Positions 10,060-22,760 of a stretch of 64,000 nt of DNA are shown here, piece after piece. The notes below the pieces were generated by a model, which was given only the letters and a program-made list of their open reading frames with translations, did no database searches and was not told the origin of the DNA. Both the position numbers and the translations under genes were made by a program. Positions within the stretch are counted from its first letter, which is position 1, and every line of letters starts with the position of its first letter. This stretch comes from Candidatus Poribacteria bacterium (lineage in GTDB: Bacteria; Poribacteria; WGA-4E; WGA-3G). The stretch covers positions 96,001 to 160,000 of the forward strand of contig OZ240248.1 of assembly GCA_965198235.1 (NCBI GenBank), given 5' to 3'.

Positions 10060-10281
10060 ATGCGCCGCTCAAAAACAAAAATGATATTGACTGCATGTGA
10101 GATGTGCTTCGCCGGGAAAACCGACAACGAGATAGCAGCCGATTTAGGAGCGTCTGTCTCGGCGGTATCGCGCTGGCGGAAGAATGAGATTTGGCAAGAG
10201 TTTGAACAGGAACTCATCTCAGCGCATAAGCAGTCGTTATTAGAAGCGCATCGATTAGCAACCCTTGAAGATAGCACGTAA
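10060..10281 (+). CDS. Small helix-turn-helix protein
   Basis: GKTDNEIAADLGASVSAVSRWRKNE HTH; ATG 10060 preceded by GAGG (track start TTG 10018). Confidence 0.7.
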   Translation: MRRSKTKMILTACEMCFAGKTDNEIAADLGASVSAVSRWRKNEIWQEFEQELISAHKQSLLEAHRLATLEDST

Positions 10282-10321
10282 ATGGCAGTCAGCAATCAGC
10301 GGTCAGGAAGAAAGGAAGATG

Positions 10322-10344
10322 CACAGGCTAACAGCCTATGCTAC
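10322..10344 (-). repeat. GTAG-type REP-like palindrome
   Basis: Reverse complement GTAGCATAGGCTGTTAGCCTGTG. Confidence 0.55.
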
Positions 10345-10486
10345 AAGTTGATAGTTTCCGACAGCCAGTGTGCATAAAGGTTAGGTTCAAATGAGGAATG
10401 GATTTATCAATCCCTGGATCCGTTCTTGATTTTGTACATAAGGTTTTAGGTTTAAGTTTAAAATTTTATTCCATAAGAATAAGGAG

Positions 10487-13606
<3,120 letters not shown>

Positions 13607-13670
13607 GTAGTAGGAACAACAAGGTTATTTCAGGGATAAAATTTGTTTGAACTAACCTTAACCACGAAAG

Positions 13671-13708
13671 AGGGTAGTGTACTTCGGTACGCTACCCTGT
13701 TTTGTTTT
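13671..13708 (+). terminator. Rho-independent terminator
   Basis: AGGGTAGTGTAC-TTCG-GTACGCTACCCT stem followed by GTTTTGTTTT. Confidence 0.85.
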
Positions 13709-13922
13709 ATAGTAAAGCCCGAAGATACGTGAACACTTTAGAAAACACAAAACACCCCTCCTTCGCTGGCGGGGTTTGATGAAGTTTCAATAAATATTTC
13801 GGTAATTCTATGAAGGGCAATTCTCAAACAAGAAGCGTCTGTAATCCTGTAAAGATCGAAGAGGTTTCCCATAAATCCCGGTTCAGACAGGGGTCCCCAT
13901 AGCGAATACCGCTGATAAAACC

Positions 13923-13952
13923 TTGACAATAGCGATGTATGTCAACTATAAT
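13923..13952 (+). promoter_or_regulatory. Sigma-70-like promoter of rbsK
   Basis: TTGACA-18nt-TATAAT; overlapping inverted TTGACA/TGTCAA may be an operator. Confidence 0.6.
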
Positions 13953-13985
13953 TGTCAAAAATCGTTAGAAAGATAGGAATGCGTC

Positions 13986-14927
13986 GTGATAAACCAAGCA
14001 ACCCCGAAAGTTACCGTTGTTGGCAGCCTGAACGTCGATCTGGTATGCCGCGCAATACGGCGACCCGGCAAAGGCGAAACGCTCATCGGCGATGCTTTTG
14101 ATATTTTCACAGGTGGGAAAGGATTTAATCAGGCAACTGCCGCTGCACGGTTAGGTGCCGATGTCACACTTATCGGAAGTGTCGGTGCCGATCTTTTCGG
14201 AGATATGCTCCTCGCCGCAACGGAAAACGAACACATTAATAGCAGGTTTGTCACAAAACGTACGGATGTCGGGACGGGTGTGGCAACTATCGTCATTGAA
14301 CCCGATGGCGACAATAGCATCATCGTCGTGCCGCGCGCAAATATGGCACTCACAACAACAGATATAGACGCTGCTGCCGACGACATCGCAAACGCTGATG
14401 TTCTACTTCTACAATTAGAGACACCGGTTGCAGCATCCGAGCACGCCGCAGCGATTGCTAAGGCACACGGGACGACTGTGATATTAAATCCCGCACCTGC
14501 GCAACCACTGCCGGATAGTCTGTTAGCGTCTGTTGATATTCTCACCCCGAATCAATCCGAAACCGAACTGTTGTCGGAGGTGCAGGTTAACAACGACGAA
14601 GATGCGCGCCGCGCAGCAGAGGTGCTACGCACTCGCATGGTGGATGCCGCAAGCACTGCTGTTGTCTTGACGCTTGGAGAGCAAGGGGCACTGATGTTGA
14701 CAGCAACCGAATCTGAACATGTTTCGGCATTGACTGTTGATGCTGTGGATACGACAGGTGCAGGGGATGCGTTTTGTGGCGCACTCGCGACCGCCTTGGC
14801 AAGCGGTGAGGCTTTACGGACAGCAGTCGGGTTTGCAAATGCAGCAGGGGCAGCAGCAGTCACTGTCGTTGGCGCGACACCTTCAATGCCTACACGGGCA
14901 AAGATTGAACGTCTATTGGAATCTTGA
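13986..14927 (+). CDS. rbsK: Ribokinase
   Basis: VVGSLNVDLV, GGKGFNQA, LNPAP, DTTGAGDAF (PfkB family). Confidence 0.9.
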   Translation: MINQATPKVTVVGSLNVDLVCRAIRRPGKGETLIGDAFDIFTGGKGFNQATAAARLGADVTLIGSVGADLFGDMLLAATENEHINSRFVTKRTDVGTGVATIVIEPDGDNSIIVVPRANMALTTTDIDAAADDIANADVLLLQLETPVAASEHAAAIAKAHGTTVILNPAPAQPLPDSLLASVDILTPNQSETELLSEVQVNNDEDARRAAEVLRTRMVDAASTAVVLTLGEQGALMLTATESEHVSALTVDAVDTTGAGDAFCGALATALASGEALRTAVGFANAAGAAAVTVVGATPSMPTRAKIERLLES

Positions 14928-14950
14928 AGCAGGACTTACGCACTTCCCTC

Positions 14951-15290
14951 GTAGGGGCGGTTTCTAACTGCACCATAGATGTCAATTTAAGAAAGGACTT
15001 CATCGTAGGTTGGGTTGAATGGAGAACACCAGAGAGCTACGGATTCAGAGAAAAATCGCAGTGTTTCCATACGACTTGCATTTCAGAGATATGGAGTGAA
15101 ACCCAACGCTTTTCTGGTGAGGGTTTGGGGTCTCTCGGTGTATGGAGTTGGGTTTCACTATGTCCGTGGACGTATATGGCAGCAGATTAGATTTGAAATG
15201 TCTTTGGAACACCGATATTAACTTTCTCAGTTCCGTTCAACCCAACCTACGGGACTAAATTGACACTTATGGGGCGGTCTCTAACTGCAT
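14951..15290. repeat. Composite nested REP/MITE-like element
   Basis: Three nested inverted repeat pairs flanked by direct repeats GGGGCGGTYTCTAACTGCA. Confidence 0.75.
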
Positions 15291-15383
15291 CGATCCGATA
15301 GAGGGAAATATCTGTACCAGATTGAAGATAAAAATTTCAAGGTAGAAAAACCGTATTCCATAGCCCATCAAAAGGAAAATACA

Positions 15384-18311
15384 ATGAAAAGAACACTGTT
15401 AAATCCCATATTCATAATGCTAATCATAGCCATCGGATTCAACACAGCTTTCTTACAGGGTTCTTCCGCAGCAGAAAAATGGGAATCGAACATGAGAAAA
15501 GACTTCACAAAGGTGTTGCAAGAAAAGAAGAAACCCGCGGAGAAACATCGTGAACTCATCCTCAAGTGGCAGAAACAGGGACGACTTTCCGCGCTCCTCA
15601 CGCTTTATACCGCAAGGGAGAATAACCGCCAAGCCCAACAACCTTCTACCCCCACAACCAAGGCAGCGTTCTATTACGGCTTGGGGTACGTACATGCCCT
15701 TCAAGCAACAGAAACCGGCGAAGAGTTGGATACTGCTATTGCTTATTTTCAGCATGTTGTTGAGATCGATCCAGATCTATTTTGGGCGCGCTTTAACCTC
15801 GGCGGTATCTATCAAGAACAGGGCAAAGACGAGTTGGCACTTGCTGAATTTGAGGCTTGTGTCCGTTTAAACTCCAACTACTATCCAGTTCACTATCGTG
15901 TGGGTGAGATTCACTTAAAGCAGCAGAATTACATAGAAGCACTCCACGCCTTCGACGCAGCACGAAAGGTAAACAGAAAGTGGGAATATCCACAGTACGG
16001 TATCGGTTTGGTTTATTTCGCGCAGGGTGAGATAGACCGCGCCCGCGAGACCTTTGAGAATATTACGCATCGAAAAAAGAAGTTCGCGCCTGCCTACTTC
16101 AAACTTGGACAGGTCCTTGCTACAGAGGGGTTCTTTGATGAAGCGTTAAAAGAATACGCGAAAGGATCGCAACATCAGGATTACTCAGCACAAGTCCTTT
16201 ACGAACTGGCGGTTATCTTCGATGAAAAAGGCAATACGGACGGCGCAATTCGGCTATATCAACGCACAATTGACGTTGAGCCAACTCATGCGAAAACACA
16301 TTTCGCGCTTGGAGAACGCCTCTATACGAATGGCGATACCACGACAGCGGTACAACATTACCAACAGGCATTGTCTCTTACACCGAATATTAAGGACGCT
16401 TTCTATGAACCGCTTGAACCTTACTTCGCAGGGTTGATGACCCCGGACGAGGCGATGTCATTCCTTGAGAAAGCAACGTTAGTCCTTCCTGACGATCCGC
16501 GCTCCTATTTTTATGCGGGTGTGCTTGAAGCCGATGCGGGCAACATCCAAAAAGCCATCGAATCTTATGAAAAGACCATTGAAATCATAGAAGTCGATCC
16601 AAGTCATGTGCAAACGGAACTCCTTTTAGGCGATTTCAATGATGTTTACTTGAAACTTGGTGAACTTTATCACCAACAGGGAGATGTAGATGCTGCTGTT
16701 GCTTACTTTAAACGCGCATTGGCATTAAATCCAGAATTAGCAAATAGATTTATCGCGCAAGGGCAAAATGCTTTCGAGGCGGGAAACTATCAAGAGGCTA
16801 TTGAATCATTAAATACGCACCTCCTGTTGTTTCCGGAGGATGTTGGTGCTGCTTATCTACTGGGACAGAGTTATGAGGCGAATAGCGATATAGACAACGC
16901 ACTCACCTTTTATAAACGCACTTTGGCGTTAGATTCACAGCAACCAGGTGTGCTCTTCAAGATGGTTCACATTTATCGAAACCGAGAGGCACATCAGCAG
17001 GCAATTGATACTTTGCAGAAGATTATTAAGATTGCACCTGACACGACCGAGGCACACTATCTAATGGCACTGTCCTACCTCACACTGGAGGAGCCCGATC
17101 CTGCCTTGCTCGCGTTTCTCGCAACTGTTCAGTTAAACCCGGATGATGTCTCAGCGCATTACCACGCAGCAATCTTGTTTGAACAAAAGGGTGAGATAGA
17201 CAACGCTATCGTCCATTACGAGAAAACAATTGGACTTGATACCGCGTCGATTGAAAGCCCTTTTTTTGACGTAACAGAAGTAACACCATTTTTCCGGCTC
17301 GGTGCAATCTATCGCGAGCGTAACGATGAAGATAATATTGTTCGGGTCTATCAACCGGCATTGGAAATTGATCCCGCGCACCCGGAACTCCATCATCTTC
17401 TTGCTGTCATCTTTGAGAAACACGACGAACGTGAGAACGCCATTCGGTACTACGGATTGGCGAATCAATACAATCCTGAGAAGTTTGACTGGCACTACAG
17501 TTACGCACGTCTGCTCGACCGACATGCCGAGACGCTTGGAGATGACTATCATAAACATGCTGAGATGGCTGTCAAAGAGTATACCGCGACCCTCGCTCTG
17601 AATTCAGACTCTGTAGATGCCTACTTCTACCGTGGAATGCTCACGCTCCGCTACAGGCAGATTGGCAAAACGCTTTATCGCTATAGCCAAAGTTTAGAGG
17701 ATTTCAAGCAGGTGGTTGAAATCCAACCCAAAAACCGTGAGGCGAACTATCAGCTCGGAGTCCTTTATCTTGAAATTGATCGGCATCGTCTCGCCAAAGA
17801 GGCTTTTGAAAATATGCTCTCTTACGCGCCAAAATATAGAGGAATCCACTTACATCTCGGACAGATTGCGGAATGGGAACAGGCGTGGAAGCAGGCAATT
17901 CAACAGTACGAAGCGGAAGCCGCGCTTATTCAACAACCCCTCGAAGAAGGCGACGATATTGCCACCAAAACGTATCAACGCCTCGGCAATCTATACTATG
18001 CACATGCTTTGGATTACAACGCCGCGAAAGAGACACTGGAAAAGGCACTCGCTTTAGACGACACTCATGTGCCGACACTGCTCAACTACGCCAACAACCT
18101 CTTCAGTATGGATTTACTCGGCGCAGCGACGGAACAGTTTGAACGGGTGATACAATTGGAACCCCGCAACTTGACGGCAAACTACAACCTCGCATTAATG
18201 TATGAATACAGAGAGAAGCGTGAACAGGCGAGAGCGCAATGGCAACGTTTCCTCGAACTCAATCCACCCGAACAGTGGCGGATTGAGGCAGAAAGACACC
18301 TGAGTCAATAG
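15384..18311 (+). CDS. Secreted tetratricopeptide-repeat protein
   Basis: N-terminal signal peptide and TPR consensus repeats (Y..LG..Y...G....A...Y..AL.L.P) along nearly the whole length. Confidence 0.92.
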   Translation: MKRTLLNPIFIMLIIAIGFNTAFLQGSSAAEKWESNMRKDFTKVLQEKKKPAEKHRELILKWQKQGRLSALLTLYTARENNRQAQQPSTPTTKAAFYYGLGYVHALQATETGEELDTAIAYFQHVVEIDPDLFWARFNLGGIYQEQGKDELALAEFEACVRLNSNYYPVHYRVGEIHLKQQNYIEALHAFDAARKVNRKWEYPQYGIGLVYFAQGEIDRARETFENITHRKKKFAPAYFKLGQVLATEGFFDEALKEYAKGSQHQDYSAQVLYELAVIFDEKGNTDGAIRLYQRTIDVEPTHAKTHFALGERLYTNGDTTTAVQHYQQALSLTPNIKDAFYEPLEPYFAGLMTPDEAMSFLEKATLVLPDDPRSYFYAGVLEADAGNIQKAIESYEKTIEIIEVDPSHVQTELLLGDFNDVYLKLGELYHQQGDVDAAVAYFKRALALNPELANRFIAQGQNAFEAGNYQEAIESLNTHLLLFPEDVGAAYLLGQSYEANSDIDNALTFYKRTLALDSQQPGVLFKMVHIYRNREAHQQAIDTLQKIIKIAPDTTEAHYLMALSYLTLEEPDPALLAFLATVQLNPDDVSAHYHAAILFEQKGEIDNAIVHYEKTIGLDTASIESPFFDVTEVTPFFRLGAIYRERNDEDNIVRVYQPALEIDPAHPELHHLLAVIFEKHDERENAIRYYGLANQYNPEKFDWHYSYARLLDRHAETLGDDYHKHAEMAVKEYTATLALNSDSVDAYFYRGMLTLRYRQIGKTLYRYSQSLEDFKQVVEIQPKNREANYQLGVLYLEIDRHRLAKEAFENMLSYAPKYRGIHLHLGQIAEWEQAWKQAIQQYEAEAALIQQPLEEGDDIATKTYQRLGNLYYAHALDYNAAKETLEKALALDDTHVPTLLNYANNLFSMDLLGAATEQFERVIQLEPRNLTANYNLALMYEYREKREQARAQWQRFLELNPPEQWRIEAERHLSQ

Positions 18312-18344
18312 CATTATTAGTTTTCAACTATCAGTTTGCCTCAC

Positions 18345-18376
18345 ATTGTCCCGCAAGCCTCTATAGGCTTGCGCAG
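18345..18376. repeat. Palindromic repeat (CGCAAGCCT-CTAT-AGGCTTGCG)
   Basis: Perfect 9-bp stem; related inverted copy at 62558-62592. Confidence 0.6.
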
Positions 18377-18462
18377 CGTTGTCAGTCAGAAGTCCCTCTC
18401 TTTCACGGGGAACTGAATACTGACAATTAGAATGAAACGATTACATAAAAAGGGAACCGATC

Positions 18463-19473
18463 GTGGAATATCATAAGAAAGATGGGGTCTTTTTATACAG
18501 AGGGGATGCCCTTAACTGGTATGATAAATGGGAATCTCCAATCGTTATTGTCTCGGATGGTCCCTATGGTATCGGGAGCTATCCCGGTGACCCACCCACC
18601 TCAGAGGAATTAGCTGAGTCTTACGAGCCTCATATAACTAAGTGGTCGGAACGCGCAACGCCCATGACAACGCTTTGGTTTTGGAATACAGAGCTCGGGT
18701 GGGCAAACGTGCATCCCGTGTTAGCCAAACATGGTTGGGAGTACCGAAGTTGCCACGTCTGGAATAAGGGAATAGCGCACATCGCGGGTAACTCAAATGG
18801 CAAAACCCTTAGAAAATTTCCTGTAACGACGGAAGTGTGTGTTCAGTATATAAAAAAAGCCTTGTTCTGCGTCAACGGCACAAAGATGGATATGCAAAGG
18901 TGGCTTCGGTATGAATGGGAACGCACAGGGCTTCCATTTTCCAAAACCAATGAGGTCTGCGGTGTGAAAAGTGCTGCCACGAGGAAGTATTTCACGAAAG
19001 ACCACCTCTGGTACTATCCCCCGCCTGAAGCGTTTGAAAAGATTGCTGAGTACGCAAACAGATATGGAAATGAGGGCGGAAAACCCTATTTCTCTGTAAA
19101 CGGTATAACACCCATTACAGGCAAGGAATGGGCAAATATGAGAGCCAAGTTTTACTTTGAGAACGGCATTACAAATGTCTGGCAGGAACCGGCTGTTCGC
19201 GGAACCGAGCGATTAAAAAAGCGGTACAAAAGTTTACATAACAACCAAAAACCCCTAAAACTCATGAACTTATGTATCCGAGCGAGTAGTGACGTAGGGG
19301 ATGTCGTATGGGAACCTTTCGGGGGTCTCTGTTCGGCAGCAATCGCTTCGCATCAACTGAAACGAAAATGTTACGCAGCCGAGATCCATCCCGACTATTT
19401 TAAAGTAGCCGTTGAGAGGCTCTCAAATTACGACACCCAACAGGAGTTAGCATTCTATGACAATTCCGGTTGA
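18463..19473 (+). CDS. Site-specific DNA methyltransferase (N4/N6, beta-like motif order)
   Basis: Motif IV variant SDGPY at N-terminus; HNNQKPLKL; motif I variant WEPFGGLCS; AEIHPDY. Confidence 0.85.
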   Translation: MEYHKKDGVFLYRGDALNWYDKWESPIVIVSDGPYGIGSYPGDPPTSEELAESYEPHITKWSERATPMTTLWFWNTELGWANVHPVLAKHGWEYRSCHVWNKGIAHIAGNSNGKTLRKFPVTTEVCVQYIKKALFCVNGTKMDMQRWLRYEWERTGLPFSKTNEVCGVKSAATRKYFTKDHLWYYPPPEAFEKIAEYANRYGNEGGKPYFSVNGITPITGKEWANMRAKFYFENGITNVWQEPAVRGTERLKKRYKSLHNNQKPLKLMNLCIRASSDVGDVVWEPFGGLCSAAIASHQLKRKCYAAEIHPDYFKVAVERLSNYDTQQELAFYDNSG

Positions 19474-20386
19474 ACCTAAAAGGAATCCACCACAGAACAA
19501 CGAAATTGTATACGAAGTGTACAAAAATGTACGCGAGGCACTTTTTGCACTTCCCACCTACTTTCGGTCGGATACATCCATAGAGGGGATATTGGCGACA
19601 GACATCTTCACCTTAAATGCCGCATTCGGAGCAACGATCGAGGACCAAGTGGTTTCAACATTGAATCGGATGCGGGAAGTTTGGGATCCAGGTGAGAAAT
19701 TTATGTATCATAGGTTTGTCAGGCAACCACAGACATTCCCAGACGTTCTGTTGAGAAGAGACACAAGTGGAACAGATGAGCGTGGGAGTGAAACTTTGTT
19801 AGGAATTGAATTAAAAAGTTGGTATTTATTAGCAAAGGAGGGAGAGCCGAGTTTTCGGTTCCAAGTAACCCCCGCCGCTTGTGCCAAACAAGACTTGATC
19901 GTCGTGATTCCTTGGGCTCTCAATAACGTGATCTCAGGCTATCCCAAGATATTTTCACCCTATGTGGAATTAGCGAAGTATGCAGCAGAATACCGTAATT
20001 ACTGGTGGGAATATATTCGGAAAACAAAGTCGATCGCAGAAATCGTGAGTCCACAAAACGTTTCTCCGTATCCCCAAAAAAGCGATAAAATTTCTGATAA
20101 GCCAGTATCTGATAGCGGAAACAATTTCGGGAGATTTGCACGGACCGGAATAATGGATAATTATTTGGAGATAGCAAAAAGAGAATCGTTATGTGGAATC
20201 GGAGCAGAACATTGGTTGAACTTTTTTAAAATTTTTCAGGAAGAAAGAGACGAAGAATCTATAAATGCGGAACTTAGAAGACTGAGGGCCTTGGTGACAG
20301 GCACAGATCCGGAGGGTGAACCCTATCTTATTGATGCCTTGGAAAAGATATTGTCAGGGGTAGATGCGCTCTTGGACCAGAGGTGA
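19457..20386 (+). CDS. Putative type II restriction endonuclease
   Basis: FPDVLL...GIELKSW PD-(D/E)xK pattern; overlaps the MTase 3' end. Confidence 0.65.
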   Translation: MTIPVEPKRNPPQNNEIVYEVYKNVREALFALPTYFRSDTSIEGILATDIFTLNAAFGATIEDQVVSTLNRMREVWDPGEKFMYHRFVRQPQTFPDVLLRRDTSGTDERGSETLLGIELKSWYLLAKEGEPSFRFQVTPAACAKQDLIVVIPWALNNVISGYPKIFSPYVELAKYAAEYRNYWWEYIRKTKSIAEIVSPQNVSPYPQKSDKISDKPVSDSGNNFGRFARTGIMDNYLEIAKRESLCGIGAEHWLNFFKIFQEERDEESINAELRRLRALVTGTDPEGEPYLIDALEKILSGVDALLDQR

Positions 20387-20471
20387 ACAACGTGATTGTC
20401 CTACTGGTTAATATGCTCGTCGAGAAATAGCCAGAAAGTAAATTGCAAACGGACAAGAATTTATAATTCTT

Positions 20472-21131
20472 ATGACTTTTGGTATGCCGATTCAGACATC
20501 GCTTATTGGGTGCCAAATTGAGCACTATGCACAAGTCGCTTCTACTAACGACATCGCTATCGCGCGTGGTAAGGCAGGTGCAGCAGAGGGAACACTCATC
20601 ATTGCGGAGCACCAAACCGCCGGGCGTGGCAGATATGGTAGGAACTGGGAGGCACCGCCGGGGAAATGTCTTCTCGTGTCCGTCGTTCTTAAACATCGGC
20701 TCCTTCGCGATCAGGTCACACTCCCCAATCTCATCGGTGCCATTGCAATAGCACAGGCAATTCGCACGACGCATGGGCTTGACGCGCGGATTAAAATGCC
20801 TAACGATGTCCGGATCGAAAAAAAGAAGGTTGCGGGGGTCCTAACAGAACTCGCTTATGATAAGGAGCATCAACCTTTTTTCGTGTTGGGTTTCGGGGTG
20901 AATGTCAATAACGTCTTGGAGGATTTTCCGCCCGAATTGCGTGGGACCGCAACCTCCGTGCGTATGGCGTGTGCACTCTTGGAGGATCAAAGCACTGAGG
21001 TCTGTCGTACCCCGCTGTTATGTGATATACTCTGTCAATTGGAAAAGAGTTACCTGCGACTGAAGGCAGGTGAGACAGATTTAATTATGAACCAATTTGA
21101 GGTTTTGCGAGAAGATGAAGGTAGTCATTAG
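20472..21131 (+). CDS. birA: Biotin--protein ligase without N-terminal HTH
   Basis: STND, QTAGRGRYGRNW, KMPNDV, KVAGVL, GFGVNV. Confidence 0.88.
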   Translation: MTFGMPIQTSLIGCQIEHYAQVASTNDIAIARGKAGAAEGTLIIAEHQTAGRGRYGRNWEAPPGKCLLVSVVLKHRLLRDQVTLPNLIGAIAIAQAIRTTHGLDARIKMPNDVRIEKKKVAGVLTELAYDKEHQPFFVLGFGVNVNNVLEDFPPELRGTATSVRMACALLEDQSTEVCRTPLLCDILCQLEKSYLRLKAGETDLIMNQFEVLREDEGSH

Positions 21132-21552
21132 TGCTTGCCTCTTGGGAGCCCCTTGCCGATACGACGGCGGCGACAGCCGAAACGAGACAGCAATGGCGCA
21201 AGAGAAAAGGTATCAACTTGTCCCTGTCTGCCCGGAAGAATCGGGTGGGTTGCCAACACCACGTCCGCCTGCGGAGATTGTTGGCGGCGATGGTGATGAT
21301 GTTCTGGATGGCAAGGCAAAGGTTATGACTGCTGATGGTACGGACGTAACGGAAGCCTATTTGAAAGGTGCCCATCACGCTCTGCAGGTTGCTCAATCAA
21401 ACGGGGCGACACACGTGATTCTGAAAGCAAGGAGTCCGTCCTGTGGCTGTGGCGACATCTACGATGGCACATTTTCAGGGACCCTCACATCTGGGGACGG
21501 CGTAACCACTGCCCTCCTGAAACGGCACGGCATTACCGTTACCACCCTGTAA
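21115..21552 (+). CDS. DUF523 / 2-thiouracil desulfurase-like Fe-S protein
   Basis: SACLLG..CRYDG, VCPE..GGL, SPSCG; ATG 21115 overlaps birA end. Confidence 0.85.
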   Translation: MKVVISACLLGAPCRYDGGDSRNETAMAQEKRYQLVPVCPEESGGLPTPRPPAEIVGGDGDDVLDGKAKVMTADGTDVTEAYLKGAHHALQVAQSNGATHVILKARSPSCGCGDIYDGTFSGTLTSGDGVTTALLKRHGITVTTL

Positions 21553-21613
21553 TTCCCACCGTAACAGGAAACCTGCGTGGAACGTAGTGGAACGCAGCCC
21601 AGGAGCACATAAA

Positions 21614-22393
21614 TTAAAAATAGTTTAGAAGATGTCGAACCTGTTCGCCAATGTCAGGACTCCGCATCAATGACTCACCCACAAGCATCGCCTGCACACC
21701 CGCCTCCCGTAGCCGCATAACATCTTCACACGAGTATATACCACTTTCACTCACCACAACCTTATCTGCCGGAATAGCTTCACGCAACCGAAATGTGGTA
21801 GCAATGTCCGTGTGAAATGTACGCAAATCACGGTTGTTGATACCGATTATCTGAGCATCCACGTCCAATGCGATAGCCAATTCTTCTTGTGTGTGCACCT
21901 CTACCAAACACGCCAGTGACAACGACTCTGCAACATCCATGAATGTCCGTAGTTGTGCCGCTGTCAATGCTGCCACAATCAGTAAAATAGCATCCGCTCC
22001 CGCGACGCGAGCTTGGTAGATGTGATACGGATCAATTGTGAAATCTTTTCGGAGGAGTGGGATGTCAACAATATCCCGAATTGCACGCAGATAGGCGAGT
22101 TCACCTGCGAAAAAATGCTTGTCTGTCAGCACGGAGATCGCAGCAGCACCGTTCTGAACGTAGGTTTCGGCGATTGACACCGGATCGAAATCCTCGCGAA
22201 TAATCCCTTTACTGGGTGATTTTTTTTTCACCTCCGCGATAAGTTTAACGGTCCCGCTGCCTGTGATGGCATCGCGAAAATCCCGTGTCGGCGGGAGGTT
22301 CACAACCTCCGTTTCCAACCGCGTCAGCGGCACCTGCGCCTGTTCGGCTGCCAACTCCTTCCGTTTATGTGTGATGATAGTGTCAAGTATCAA
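21614..22393 (-). CDS. trpC: Indole-3-glycerol phosphate synthase
   Basis: IAEVKKKSPSKG, LRKDF, GINNRDL, SESGI. Confidence 0.96.
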   Translation of the reverse strand: MILDTIITHKRKELAAEQAQVPLTRLETEVVNLPPTRDFRDAITGSGTVKLIAEVKKKSPSKGIIREDFDPVSIAETYVQNGAAAISVLTDKHFFAGELAYLRAIRDIVDIPLLRKDFTIDPYHIYQARVAGADAILLIVAALTAAQLRTFMDVAESLSLACLVEVHTQEELAIALDVDAQIIGINNRDLRTFHTDIATTFRLREAIPADKVVVSESGIYSCEDVMRLREAGVQAMLVGESLMRSPDIGEQVRHLLNYF

Positions 22394-22586
22394 TTTTTTA
22401 ATTTTACCTTGCGGAGTAATAAAGGGCGTTTGAACTGTTGTGTGCGTTCCATCTATCCGTCCTCCACTTCGTTACGGACTACGGTTTTGACTGCACAAAT
22501 TAACAGTAACGAACAGCGAGACCTCGCCCCTACAAAAACGGTAGCTTGCAACAACGGCGCAAGCGGACCTTAAGCGGAAACATCTA

Positions 22587-22760
22587 GTGATACTACCCAC
22601 TACCTAAAGGTAGGGGCTTCGGTTTCATAGCGACTGCGGTTTTCCCAGAGGGTCCGCCGTCTTATTATCGCTCCACCAGCGGGTTCTTATTCCGAATCAG
22701 ATCGGCTTTATCTGGTTTAGGTCCAGGGTACCCCAACCCGCAGAATGTTTATAGCAGCGT
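22587..22760 (-). ncRNA. Putative TnpB omegaRNA (reRNA) scaffold
   Basis: Expected position at tnpB 3' end and right end; 5' boundary approximate. Confidence 0.55.

Noticed and set aside
14924-15221. ORFs of 88 and 68 aa after rbsK
   Set aside because: Lie wholly within the nested repeat element
14951-15290. Possible CRISPR array
   Set aside because: Repeats are inverted and nested, not regularly spaced direct repeats with spacers; no cas genes
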